DNA of 64,000 nt from positions 1 through 64,000 of the forward strand of contig CAWGJT010000007.1 of assembly GCA_963822965.1 (NCBI GenBank). Reading direction: 5' to 3'. The stretch is from an uncultured delta proteobacterium (GTDB taxonomy: Bacteria > Myxococcota_A > UBA9160 > UBA4427). Both the position numbers and the translations under genes were made by a program. This document shows, piece by piece, positions 36,956 through 47,697 of the stretch. A model generated the notes under the pieces. That model worked only from the letters and a program-made list of their open reading frames with translations. It did not search any database and was not told the origin of the DNA. Position 1 is the first letter of the stretch; each line of letters begins with the position of its first letter.

Positions 36956-38428
36956 GTGTCTGGGCGGACGACGATCTCGTGTGGCGGCCTGCTGGTCCTG
37001 GGTGCGATCGCCGTGAGCGCTGCGCTCGCGCCCCAGCAGGCGGCGGCGTACGACATTCCGGGTGTCCTGCCGACCTCCATCGGGCTGCCGGAGGTGAACA
37101 TGGTGCTGCGTCCGACGGCGGGCGCGCCGCCGTACTCCGGCGTCGACTCCTTCGGCTTCGAGCTGACCAACCTGCGGATGATCTACGACACGGGCGCCAG
37201 CGGCGTCGCGCTGTTCGAGGGGCCCGCGCAAGCGCTCTCCATCCCGGTCGCACAGCTCATGGGCACGGACGTGGTCTTCGCGGACGTCGGGGTGGGGGGG
37301 AGCACGACCTTCGGCGTCTCCGACCCGATCCACATGAGCACGGGCAGCTTCGTCCAGGAGCCGCCCGATCCCTACGCGAGCGACGACGACTACCCGCGAC
37401 AGGATCCGGGCCTGCGCTTGCAGCTCGGTCCGCCCGGATCAGCCGCGCTCTTCCTCGCGGACTTCACACAGCTCGGCATCGTCGGTGTTCCGGTCATGGC
37501 GGGTCGCGTGTCGATGATCAACCCCAAGCTCGCCGAGGTGTCCTTCGACCAGCTGACCCCGGCCAACACGATCCATACCCATCTCTACGACCCGGCGGTT
37601 CCCGCCGAGAGCGGACCGGGCATCCTCGCCGCCGACGTGCGGGTCGAGCTCAGCTTGAAGTCCTTCGCCCGCTTCACGGAGACCACGCCGGTAGGCGCCA
37701 CGGGGCCGACGCTCGCCGAGAACCCGTTCATCGGTCCCGATCCGCTGGCGGCCCTGGAAGGCGTCACGCCACCGCCGACCACGCCGCCCGGGGTCACGCT
37801 GCGCCTCGGCGGCAGCCAGGTGACGGGCACGTTCCTGCTGGACACGGGAAGCCAGATCTCGTCGATCTCCAGCGCGATGGCGCTGGGGCTCGGCGTCCGA
37901 TACCAGACCACGAGCGATCCCGGCTACGACCCCGGCTCCCCCGCGACGCTGGTGTTCGCTTCGGACGGCTCGCTCGTCCCCGACCAGTTCACCGTCGACG
38001 TCAGCGGGATCGGCGGCACCGAGACGATCGCGGGCTTCTACGCCGACGCGCTCCTCGTGCGTAGCCTGGAAGGCGACCCGCAAGACGACGCGGACCCGCA
38101 CCATCTGAACTTCGTCGAGGCCCCGCTGTTCGTGCAGGACATCGAGCTGATGGACCCCGTCACGCACGACACCTTCACCTTCGACGGCATCTTCGGGACG
38201 AACTACCTGTTCGGAAGCGGCGACCTCTCGGCCCTGTCGGGCTTCCCCGTCCCCTTCCGGGAAGGCCCCTTCGAGTGGCTGGTGCTGGACCTCGCCTCAA
38301 CCACTCCGACCCTGGGCGTCATCTTTCCCGCCGCCGTGCAGGTCCCGATCCCGCCCGCGCTGCATCTCGTGGCCGCAGCGCTCCTCGGTCTCCTGGGAGC
38401 CCGGCTCGCACGCGCACGAACGATCTAG
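36956..38428 (+). CDS. Secreted aspartyl-protease-like protein with two DTG motifs and a C-terminal sorting signal
   Basis: AGGAGG RBS; MIYDTGASG and FLLDTGSQIS; GIVG and GIFG motifs; VPIPPALHLVAAALLGLLGARLAR. Confidence 0.75.
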   Translation: MSGRTTISCGGLLVLGAIAVSAALAPQQAAAYDIPGVLPTSIGLPEVNMVLRPTAGAPPYSGVDSFGFELTNLRMIYDTGASGVALFEGPAQALSIPVAQLMGTDVVFADVGVGGSTTFGVSDPIHMSTGSFVQEPPDPYASDDDYPRQDPGLRLQLGPPGSAALFLADFTQLGIVGVPVMAGRVSMINPKLAEVSFDQLTPANTIHTHLYDPAVPAESGPGILAADVRVELSLKSFARFTETTPVGATGPTLAENPFIGPDPLAALEGVTPPPTTPPGVTLRLGGSQVTGTFLLDTGSQISSISSAMALGLGVRYQTTSDPGYDPGSPATLVFASDGSLVPDQFTVDVSGIGGTETIAGFYADALLVRSLEGDPQDDADPHHLNFVEAPLFVQDIELMDPVTHDTFTFDGIFGTNYLFGSGDLSALSGFPVPFREGPFEWLVLDLASTTPTLGVIFPAAVQVPIPPALHLVAAALLGLLGARLARARTI

Positions 38429-38691
38429 CCCCAATGCGTCATTCCTCGAGATTGAAGCTCGCCCGTCCGGATGCGCTCTGTCTCGGATGCACTCACGGGT
38501 CGTCTCGTCCGGGTGGAATGGGGAGCATCATCCGCGCGACGCTCGGCACCAGTGGTTCGAGGAAGAAACACGGCCGCGTGTAGATCGCTTGCGGCCAACG
38601 GCAAGGGTTCCCCAATCTCCCAAACCCCGCTGTGCTATGGTCCTCCCGTCGCGAGAGATTCACTCGCACCCCGCCCCGAAGGAGATGAGTC

Positions 38692-38910
38692 ATGAAGCCG
38701 ACGAATGGATTCGTTGCGATCGCCCTGGCACTCAGCGTGGCGTCCGGAGGGGCGCTGGCTTGTCATGAGAAGGGTCCGCTCGAGAAGGCCGGAGAGAAGG
38801 TCGATGAGACGGTGGACGACATCACGCACCCGGGCGAGGGGCCGGTCGAGAAAGCCGCGCGCAAGGTCGGAGAGAAGGTCGACGACGTGAAAGAGGACGT
38901 CAGCAACTAG
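38692..38910 (+). CDS. Small secreted protein with GP.EKA repeats
   Basis: GGAG RBS; signal peptide; KGPLEKAGEKVDE / EGPVEKAARKVGE. Confidence 0.75.
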   Translation: MKPTNGFVAIALALSVASGGALACHEKGPLEKAGEKVDETVDDITHPGEGPVEKAARKVGEKVDDVKEDVSN

Positions 38911-39069
38911 GAGCCTGACCCAAGACTCCCGTGGGAAGCTCTGGCGTCGAGGCGCGCCGATGCCAAGGCGCGCGAGGAAGCCATAGCGCGGCCTACGGCG
39001 ACGCAGCGCAACGCAGGCTGCGGCGATGCATCGGCGTCAGGGCGGCACGAGGTGTCTTGGGTCGGGCTC
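38911..39069. mobile_element. 159-bp MITE with IS1182-like ends
   Basis: GAGCCTGACCCAAGAC...GTCTTGGGTCGGGCTC flanked by CTAG (38907, 39070); same IR as the IS at 6871. Confidence 0.88.
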
Positions 39070-39163
39070 CTAGCAGCGTGCACGGCAGACGGTCGCGCGC
39101 CCCGCTGCCAGCCGAAATCTCGGATTCCGGCCGCGGCCGACGAACCCCAGCGAGCCGCACGCC

Positions 39164-39724
39164 TCAGGCGCCCGGCTGCGCGGGGCGGCGCAACAATGCC
39201 AGCACATCCTCTTGGAGCAGCGTCACCTCCTTCCAGAGGTCGCGCAGGAACGCGAGGCGCTCCGGATCCGACTCATTCCGGGACAGCGTATCCACCAGAT
39301 GTCCGATGTACGTCAGCGCCTCGTTCTGGCTCAACAGCAGCTCGAGCTCGAGCTCCCGACCGCTGGCCGCGAGGAGTTGACTGCTGCGCGCGGCAGCGAT
39401 CGACTGGCGCGTCAGCACCTCCTCGAGGGGAAGCCCGGTATCGGTCAGATCGAGGCGGCCAGGCTTCGCCTTCGCGAGCGCCTCGAGGCGATCGTACGCC
39501 CGATCGGAGGCCCCGGCGATCGCATCGATGATCGTCTCGAGCTCGTCGCGCTCGAACTTGATGAACAGCAGCTTCGAGACCTGGCGCTCCTGCCCGAGGA
39601 TCTCGTAGAGGAGCGGATAGCCATGTCCAGAGGAAGCACGCGGCTCCTGCGTGCCGCTGGGCGCGCTCCCGCCGTCGCAGCCGAGCGAGGCCGCGAGAAG
39701 AACCGAAAGGAGCACCCACCTCAC
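39164..39724 (-). CDS. Hypothetical lipoprotein
   Basis: Lipobox ASLGC; helical body; coding-like codon usage. Confidence 0.7.
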   Translation of the reverse strand: MRWVLLSVLLAASLGCDGGSAPSGTQEPRASSGHGYPLLYEILGQERQVSKLLFIKFERDELETIIDAIAGASDRAYDRLEALAKAKPGRLDLTDTGLPLEEVLTRQSIAAARSSQLLAASGRELELELLLSQNEALTYIGHLVDTLSRNESDPERLAFLRDLWKEVTLLQEDVLALLRRPAQPGA

Positions 39725-39795
39725 CGCCTTGTCCCCTGCGGTGCGACCTTCCGCCCGAGAGCGAAGACTCGGCGAGGAGCTCTCACGGAACGCAT

Positions 39796-40445
39796 TCAGG
39801 TTTCGAGCTCGGTCAGCCCTTCACGAATCGCCCACTTCGTCAGATCCGCCACGTTGTGTATGTCGAGCTTGCGCATGATGCTGCGCCGGTGCGTCTCGAC
39901 CGTGCTGGTGGCGATGAAGAGGCGCTTGCCAATCTGCGGAGACGAGAGCCCCTCGGCCAGGAGCTGGAGCACCTCCCGCTCGCGCTCGGAGAGCGCCGAC
40001 GCGAGGTCTTCACGCCGGGGTCCGGTCAGCGACGCGCTCACCACGCCTTGCGTGACCTCTGGGCACAGGAAGCCCTTGTGCTGCCGGGCGGCATGGAGGG
40101 CCCGGCTGAGGTCGGCGTAGGCATTGGCCTTGAGCACATAGCCACAGGCGCCGGCTTCGAGCATGGCCGCTCACGTAGCGGCTGTCCGAGTGACTGGAGA
40201 GTGCAATCACCTCGATCTCCGGAAGCTCGGTGCGGATCTGTCGGGTCGCGTCGATGCCATTCAGATCCTTCATGCCCACGTCCATCACCACGATGTCCGG
40301 CTCGAGCTTGCGACGCAAGCGCCACGGCCTCGCGCCCGCTGGAGCATTCTCCAACGATCTCCACGCCATCTTCCTTTTCGAGGATCGAACGCAATCCCTC
40401 GCGCATCAACTGATGATCATCCACGAGCAGGATACGGGTCGTCAT
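39796..40445 (-). CDS. NarL/LuxR family response regulator (frameshifts near 40313 and 40169)
   Basis: ILLVDDHQLMREGL / PDIVVMDVGM..NGIDAT / LSEREREVLQLLAEG..TVETHR spread over three frames. Confidence 0.85.
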
Positions 40446-40448
40446 CGT

Positions 40449-41650
40449 TCAACTTCCTTCTGTGGGGGGGGGGGGGCGTCGGGAGCCTGACCACGACCGT
40501 GGTTCCATGGCCTGGAGTTCCGCGCGTCTCCAGCGATCCGCCAAGGGTCTCGATTCGTTCGCGCAGAGCCAGGAGCCCGAAGCCGGAGCGCCTGGCGGTC
40601 GAGGGCATGCCGACTCCGGCGTCCTCTACCGCGACGCGCGCCATGCCTCCCTCCTTCGAGAAACGGACGCGCGCCGTCTTGACGCCCGAATGCTTCACCA
40701 CGTTGAGGAGCAGCTCGCGAACCGCGCGATAGAGCGTGACGCGCGCGTTCTCGTCGAGCTCGAGCTCGTCCTCCTCGACGATACTCACGATCAGCCCATG
40801 GCTCTTCTCCAGGCTGTCGGCGAGCCACTGGATGGCCGCGATCAACCCCACATCGTGAAGCAGGGGAGGGCTCAGCTGAAAGCTCAGCGAGGAGACGCGG
40901 CTGCGGATCTCCCGGAGAAGACCCTCCAGCTCGCCGAACCGGGCGCTCGCGCTCTTCCGCACTCGAATCCTCCAGCGCGTGCAGCTTCAGCGACGCGAGC
41001 GATAGCAGCTGGCCGGCGTCGTCGTGCAGGTCTGCTGCCAGCTTGCGGCGCTCTCTCTCCTCGGCCATGGTCGCCGCAGCGACGGCGGCTTGCAATGCGT
41101 GCTCCGTTCTGCGCAGCTCCGTCACGTCGATCAAGGCCAGCTGAATCTCTCTCGGCCCGCGGCGGCGCTCGTCTTTCGACATGCCCACGAGCTGGACGTC
41201 GATCGTACCCTCCCCTTGCGACACGAGATCCAGTGCGAGATCCAGGCGCGCTCGCCCCTCCTGGAGCTCGCGGCGTGCCAGGTACCAGCGATCCTGGCAA
41301 CTGGCGGCAACGAACGCCGAGAGCCTGGTCCCGATGAGGCGGGAGCGCGGAGTCTTCAGAATCTGGGAGGTGGCGGCGTTGGCCTCGACGATCAGTCCCT
41401 CGAGATCGAGGGTCAGAAAGGCGATGGGCGCCGAATCGTAGAGCCGATGAAAGCGTTCGTTCGAATCCGCTGCCGTCTTCTGCGCCTCTCGCAGCTCCTC
41501 GTTCTGGAGTTGCAGCTCGATCTTGTGCACCTCGAGCTCGTGGATGATGGTCTGGATCTCGTCCGGCGTGAGACTCTCCAGATCGGCGGGCTTCGCCTGC
41601 GCCATCCGGCGCTCGGCCTTCTCTCGCAGAGAATCGGGCGGTTGCGGCAT
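40449..41650 (-). CDS. PAS-domain HisKA_3 sensor histidine kinase (frameshift near 40950)
   Basis: HELEVHKIELQLQNEEL, PAS, ERERRKLAADLHDDAGQ / ELLLNVVKHS, DAGVG, GFGLLALRER; ends at 40449 if the G13 tract has one extra G, otherwise 40417. Confidence 0.82.
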
Positions 41651-41661
41651 ACGGCGTTGGC

Positions 41662-44600
41662 TCACAGGTCCGTTGCTTCTGCTGCGATCGTCGACTCCCG
41701 GATCCCGAGCAGGACCAGCTCGGCACCCGCTCCGTCGTTGGGCGACACGGGGCGGGCGCTCAGGAGCAGCCGGCGTCGCCCGAGGCTGGGGAACTCGGCC
41801 TCCACCTCGAAGTCGTCGAAGCCCGAGCCCTCTTGCAGGGCGTTCTCGAGGCGCTCGCGAAGAGTCGGAATGATCCACTGATGGCTTCCCAGATCGGCGA
41901 TCAGCCGGCCTTCGGTCTGATCCGGCTCTACCTGGAACGAACCGGTAGTAGGCACGGTTGGCCCGCACGACGCGGAGCTCGCCGTCCAGGACCAGGAAGG
42001 GCTCGCGCACCGCGTCCACGATGCTCTCCGCCAGCAGCCGCGCCGCCTCGAGCCGTTCGCGGTGCTTCGTATCGGTGATGTCGATGAACGTGACGACCAC
42101 GCCCTCGACGGCGTTTCGCGCTGTACGATACGGCCGGATGCGCACCAGGTACCAGCTGCCGTCCGGAGCGGCTGCCTGCTTCTCCGACGCGTGAAGGGTC
42201 TCGATGACGCTTGCTGCATCCGCCAGGAGATCCGGGTAGTCGAGCTGGGTGGCCAGGTCGGCTAGAGGACGTCCGATGTCGGCGTCGAGCAGGTGCGCGA
42301 CGTGGCGCGCCTGCGGCGTAAAACGCCTCACCCTGAGCTGCTCGTCCAGGAAGATGGTGGCGACCTCGATGTTGTTCATGAGGTTGATCAGGTCGTTGCT
42401 CGCCTCTTCCAAGTCCTGGAGCTTCTGGGTGAGCTCCGCATTCACGGTATGCAGCTCCTCGTTGAGCGATTGTGTCTCCTCCTTGGTGGTCTGGAGCTCT
42501 TCGTTCGTGCTCTGGAGCTCCTCGTTCGTACTCTGGAGCTCCTCGTTCGCCGAGGCGAGCTCCTCGTTGGCGGTCTGGAGCTCGTCGATGGTGCCCTGCA
42601 GGTCGTGGCGCGCGTTCCGGAGCTCCTGTTCCAGCCTCGCCCCGCGGCGGGCCTCGCCTTCCGCTGCGATGGGCTCGCTCTTGGGCTTGCGCTTGCGCGC
42701 ACGGCGCTCTGCCGACTCGAAGGAGACGAGGAACAGCGGCGCAGCGAGCCGCGGTTCGTGGAGCCGCGACGCCTTGAGGTGGACCGTTTGGCGGCCTCCG
42801 TCGAGGTGGAGGCGGACGCTTCGTTCTGCGACCTGACCGCCGACCTCGATCGCTTCGCGGAGGACCGAGGCAAGCGGCCCACGCAGGCCTTCCCGCGCCA
42901 TCTCCACGATGTTCATGTTGACACGCCCCGCCTGGAGTCCGAGATAGGCGCCGATGTCTCCATGGATCTGCTGGACCTGACCCATCCCGTCGACGAGCAC
43001 GGCGGGCGGGCCGAAGGATTCCGCCAGCGCCTTGCTCAGCGGATTCGCCAGATCGGTCCTTCTCCCGACGGGATGGGCGTCGGCCGGGGCGTTCGGGCTC
43101 GCACCGGACCGGGACTGCCAGCGGATCACCGGCTGCGGCGCTGTCGAGTCGTTTCTCCGGTAGATCTTGAAGTTGCTCTCGAGTGGCGCGAAGAGGTCCT
43201 CGGAACCGGTTGCGCTCTCGGATGAACCGAGCAGGAGGAGTCCTCGAGGATTCAGGCTGTAGTGGAAGGAGCGGAGCAGCCGACGCTGCGCCCTCGGCTC
43301 CAGGTAGATCAGGAGGTTCCGGCAGGACACGAGGTCCACGCGGGTGAAGGGCGGGTCGCTGCAGGGCGTTCTGAACGGCGAAGACGACGAGATCGCGCAC
43401 CTCCCGCTTGACCCGATAGCAGCCGTCCTCCCGGACGAAGAAGCGGGCGAGACGTGAGTCGCCGACGTCCGCTGCGATGCCCTCGGGATAGCGCCCGGCG
43501 CGGGCGACCTGGATGGCCGCGGGGTTGAGGTCCGTGGCGAATACCTGCACTTCCAGGGCCTTGTTCATGCGGCGCAGGGTCTCGACCAGCAGCATGACGA
43601 GCGAATAGGCCTCTTCCCCCGTCGCGCAAGCGGGAACCCACATCCGCAGCGGCGAACCGTCTTGGCGTCCAGCAATGAGCTCCGCAAGCTCCGACTCGAG
43701 CGCCCGAAAGGCTTTCGGATCGCGGAAGAAGCTGCTCACGCCGATCAGCCAGTCGTGCCAGAGGATGTCGATCTCGGCGTCGCTCTGGTCCAGATGGCGC
43801 GCGTACTCCTGCGGGTCGTCGATGCCGTGGAGCTGCATCCTCCGCGCGATGCGCCGACCCAGCGTCCCGTGCTTGTACTCGGAGAAATCGAGGCCCCGCC
43901 GCTTGCGTATGACCGCGAGGATCGACTGGATGTCGTTGGGGGACAGCTCCGGGCCGCCGTCGGCACGTGGCGGCGAGACCAGCGCCTTCCGGTCGACGAG
44001 CAGACGCGCCGGCATCTCGCCTGGCGGCAGGACGAAGTCCGCGGCGCCTGCCTCGATGGCACTCACCGGCATCCCGTCGAACTCGGCGGTCGCGGGATCC
44101 TGCACCAGGGCGAGCCCCGATGCCGCGCGGATCGCCGCGAGACCGAGCGTGCCATCGGTTCCGGTGCCGGAGAGGACGATGCCGGCGGCATGGCTTCCCT
44201 GGTCGAGGGCGAGCGCCCGGAAGAAGAGATCGATCGGAAGGTGCGGAACCCCGCGCGCAGCCGGTTCTCGCCTGAGCGTCCCTTCTCGAATTGCCACGTC
44301 GTGTCCGCGCGGCTCGATGTAGACGTGGTCCGGCTCGACGAGGGTATCCTCGGCGATCTCGCACACCGACATCTCCGTAGACCTCGCGAGGATCTCGGGA
44401 AGCATGCTTTGACCCGTGGGAGCCTGGTGACTCACGACGACGAATGCCATCCCGGAGTCGGGAGGAACCGCCGCGAGGAGCTCGCGCAGCGGCGCGAGCG
44501 AACCGGCGGAACCACCGATTCCGACGATCAAGGGCCTCGTGGAAGACGCGCGGCGAGGCGTGGGCTCCGAAGGAGCGACAATCGGATCGGTCGGCTTCGG

Positions 44601-44720
44601 AACTCTCTCGCCCGCTTTCTCGCTCGCTTGCTCATCCGCTTGCCGGGCGACGCCCTTCTTGGCGGGACTCGCCGCCTTCCTGCCGGAGCTCCGCGGAGTA
44701 CGGGTTTGCTTGTCGGTCAC
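41662..44720 (-). CDS. CheB/CheR fusion protein with coiled coil and PAS domains (frameshifts near 43361 and 41939)
   Basis: IVGIGGSAGS, LSGTGTDGTLG, CATGEEAYS, FATD / DLVSCRNLLIYL, ELQSTNEEL repeats, IFLDEQLRVRRFTP. Confidence 0.88.
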
Positions 44721-44769
44721 CGAGCAGAGTCTAGCGGAACGCGAGCGTGAAGCTGCACGCGCGGACAGC

Positions 44770-44969
44770 GCGAGACTGCGCGCGCGGATGAAGGGCGAGA
44801 CTGCGCGCGCGGATGAAGGGCGAGGCTGCGCGCGCGGATGAAGGGCGAGGCTGCGCGCGCGGATGAAGGGCGAGGCTGCGCGCGCGGATGAAGGGCGAGG
44901 CTGCGCGCGCGGATGAAGGGCGAGGCTGCGCGCGCGGATGAAGGGCGAGGCTGCGCGCGCGGATGAAGG
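44770..44969. repeat. 25-bp tandem repeat (VNTR), 8 copies
   Basis: GCGAG[A/G]CTGCGCGCGCGGATGAAGG x8 with no spacers, plus one degenerate unit upstream. Confidence 0.97.
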
Positions 44970-45143
44970 CGCGCCGGGAGGTGAGGGGAGCGGCGGAGGT
45001 GCGCTCTCGGCCTCGAACCCGTGTCTGGACAGGGCGGGGGACCGATCCTGAACCGCACACGCAAGAGAGCTCAGGCCAATCCCCTCAGTCGTCGCTCCCG
45101 TGGTTCAGGACGACGTCACGCCTCGCTCTCCGCGCGTATGCCT

Positions 45144-45473
45144 CTACTCTCGCCCGGGCCTGGCCCCATCCTCGATCAGCAGGTCGGCCGCTGACAGCAA
45201 GCGGGCGAGCTTGTCGCAGTCGCTCAGGTGGGAGACGAGAATGTCGAGATTGTCAGCGAAGACCTCGGTCACGATGCTCTCGAGGGACGCCCGGTCGCCC
45301 ACGCGCCGGGCGACGTGGCGGAACACGCCCCTCAGGCACACATCGAAGCTCTCCGAGAAGGCCATCCACGTGGGGTTGGCGCGACCCGCATCCTGCCCGA
45401 TCGGCACATTGAGCCACTCGGCTTGCAGCACGGACCACGGCAGCCCTCGGGCGAGTCGGGTCAACGGGGCCAC
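45144..45473 (-). CDS. Small protein resembling an isolated sigma-70 region 2
   Basis: AFSESFDVCLRGVFRHVARRVGDRASLESIVTEVF resembles ECF region 2. Confidence 0.4.
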   Translation of the reverse strand: MAPLTRLARGLPWSVLQAEWLNVPIGQDAGRANPTWMAFSESFDVCLRGVFRHVARRVGDRASLESIVTEVFADNLDILVSHLSDCDKLARLLSAADLLIEDGARPGRE

Positions 45474-45803
45474 CCGTCTCGCATTGCGTCGCCTCGTTCC
45501 GTCAATGGACTCCCCCCCTGCCGGCAGCCTACCCTGGAAGGCAGGACCCCGGGCATCCCCAGACCCAGGTAGATGGTGCGCCGACGCCGTGGATTCGAAC
45601 GAGCGGCGCGCCCGTCAGCACGGCCCGGCACCGACCGCGGCTCCTGGTGCCTCCTACCACCGTTCCTCCCGCGATTCGGGGGTCGTCCAAGAATCCATCA
45701 TTACCGTGGCTCGGGCTGCCGTAGCCCCAGATCCATGGATGGTCGGACACTGCCCCGACGACTAACCTGGTTTTCCATCCGAATCGGTATCGAAGGAGTC
45801 CCC

Positions 45804-46178
45804 GTGAAGCGAACACTACTCATCCTCTGTCTCGGCCTCGCTCTCAGCCTGTTGAGCGCGTCCGCTTGGGCGACGCCATCTCATGAGGGCAAGGCACCGA
45901 AGGAGCTCTCGACCCGCGCGGATGACCTCGATCTCTCGCTCTCGTCCCACAAATCCCACGCTTCGAAGAAGCCTGCGAAATCCCACGCTTCGAAGAAGCC
46001 TGCGAAGAGCCACACCAAAAAGGTGCGGGTAGCCACGGAGCGGGTAGACATCCAGGAGCTCGGGGGCGAGTCCACCGGTCCGAGCGTCGCGTCGGCGGTT
46101 CCCGAACCCTCCGCGCTGCTTCTCTTCGGCGTCGGATGCCTCGTCGCGCGGCGCGCGATCTTCCGCGCTCGGCGGTAG
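45804..46178 (+). CDS. Small Lys/Ser-rich PEP-CTERM protein
   Basis: AGGAG then GTG; signal peptide; 27-bp duplication KSHASKKPA x2; VPEPSALLLFGVGCLVARR. Confidence 0.85.
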   Translation: MKRTLLILCLGLALSLLSASAWATPSHEGKAPKELSTRADDLDLSLSSHKSHASKKPAKSHASKKPAKSHTKKVRVATERVDIQELGGESTGPSVASAVPEPSALLLFGVGCLVARRAIFRARR

Positions 46179-46454
46179 TGGCGTCTCCATCCTGGCCGCC
46201 CAGTGAGCCCGCGAACGAGTGACCGGGAGAGCTGCGAGCAGATCGCGAGTGCTTGCGGCGAATCCCGGCCTCCTCGTGGACCGGCTGGACGAAGGGTGTG
46301 AGTTCGTCCGGCTCGAGGCGTCTTCGCGTCGGCTTCTTGGGATCGGCCGATTGAATTGGCGTCCGGGAGACGCCGCTCGATCGGCGCGATCGAACCTAGC
46401 GACTCACCATCTTCCTCCGACCCCCTCGGCCGGATGGATCGAGGAGACACCACC

Positions 46455-47567
46455 ATGTCAGGTTTCATCGCCTGGAAGGGCCTGGGCACGATCGCAACGT
46501 GGGCCGCGAGCCGCATCGCCAACCGGCGGAGCCACGCACTCGCCCTCGCGGCCGTGCTGGCCATCGTCAGCGCAGCCTGGTCGGGTCCCGCGACCGCAGC
46601 GCAGGCACCCGACGCCTGGATCACCACCAAGGTCAAGATGGCCCTGCTCGTCGCGAACGACGTGCCCGCAACCGCCGTACGCGTCGACACGACCAATGGC
46701 ATGGTCACGCTGTACGGAACCGTCTCGAGCGCCGACGAGAAGGCTGGAGCCGAGCAAGCTGCCCGGGGTGTCGAGGGCGTGCAGGAGGTTCGCGACCTGC
46801 TGCAGGTCGTGGAGCGGCCCCGCCAGCGCGAGATGGCCGTGGCCGACAAGGCGCTCGCCGCAGAAGTCCAGAAGCGGCTCGACGCGGATCCCGCCCTGCG
46901 GAACAGCAAGATCGAGGTGAAGTCGGCAAACCGCGGCGTGGTGCTGCTGGACGGGGAGGCGAGAACGCTGAGCGCGCACCTGCAGGCACTCGAGGTAGCG
47001 CGCGCTACCTCCGGCGTGAAGCGCGTCGCCAGCGAGATCAACAGTCCGGACACCCTGGCCGACGACGAGATCTGGCGCGACGCAAAGAGCGACTCCGGGA
47101 ATCCCGCCATGGCGGCGGCGAAGGACGCCTGGATCACCACGGCATCGAAGATCCGGCTCATGGCCGACCCGGCCACCCCGTCGCGCGACATCAACGTCGA
47201 TACGCTGGCTGGCGTCGTGACGCTCTTCGGCACCGTACCCACCGAGGCCGCGCGGCACGCGGCGGAGATGGAGGTCGGGAAGGTCGACGGTGTGAAGAGC
47301 GTCGAAAACGATCTCCAGGTCGTGCCGCAGGTGTCGGCTGCCGCTGTCGAAGACCAGGACGAGCGAGCGAAGGATGCCATCGAGAAGCAGCTGAAGTCGC
47401 GTGAGGATCTCTCCGACGCGAGCATCGACGTGGAGGTGGCGAACGGCGTCGCCCGCCTCACCGGGACGGTCCGAAGTCAGGCCGATCGGTTGGCCGCGCT
47501 CACGCTCGCCCGGACCACGGACGGAGTGCGTTCGGTGACCGGCGATCTCACGGTGAAGAGCCAGTAG
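46455..47567 (+). CDS. Multi-BON-domain (OsmY-like) protein
   Basis: GAGGAG RBS; four BON-like units (DAWITTKVKMAL..GMVTLYG..GV.EV). Confidence 0.9.
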   Translation: MSGFIAWKGLGTIATWAASRIANRRSHALALAAVLAIVSAAWSGPATAAQAPDAWITTKVKMALLVANDVPATAVRVDTTNGMVTLYGTVSSADEKAGAEQAARGVEGVQEVRDLLQVVERPRQREMAVADKALAAEVQKRLDADPALRNSKIEVKSANRGVVLLDGEARTLSAHLQALEVARATSGVKRVASEINSPDTLADDEIWRDAKSDSGNPAMAAAKDAWITTASKIRLMADPATPSRDINVDTLAGVVTLFGTVPTEAARHAAEMEVGKVDGVKSVENDLQVVPQVSAAAVEDQDERAKDAIEKQLKSREDLSDASIDVEVANGVARLTGTVRSQADRLAALTLARTTDGVRSVTGDLTVKSQ

Positions 47568-47697
47568 CCGGGGCCCGCCGGGAAGTCAGGCACATCCTCT
47601 GGAAGCGTTCTGGAAGCTCATCGACTGGTCGGACGTCGCCAAGCGCTTCTCGAGCGTACGCACCCTCGATCGGGTGCTGTAGAGGAGCGGACAAGGG

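Noticed and set aside
39796..44720. Programmed ribosomal frameshifting in the signalling operon
   Set aside because: No slippery heptamers at the breaks; the uniform +1 pattern across unrelated genes fits sequencing error better
44770..44969. CRISPR array
   Set aside because: Units are contiguous with no unique spacers, and no cas genes are present in the window
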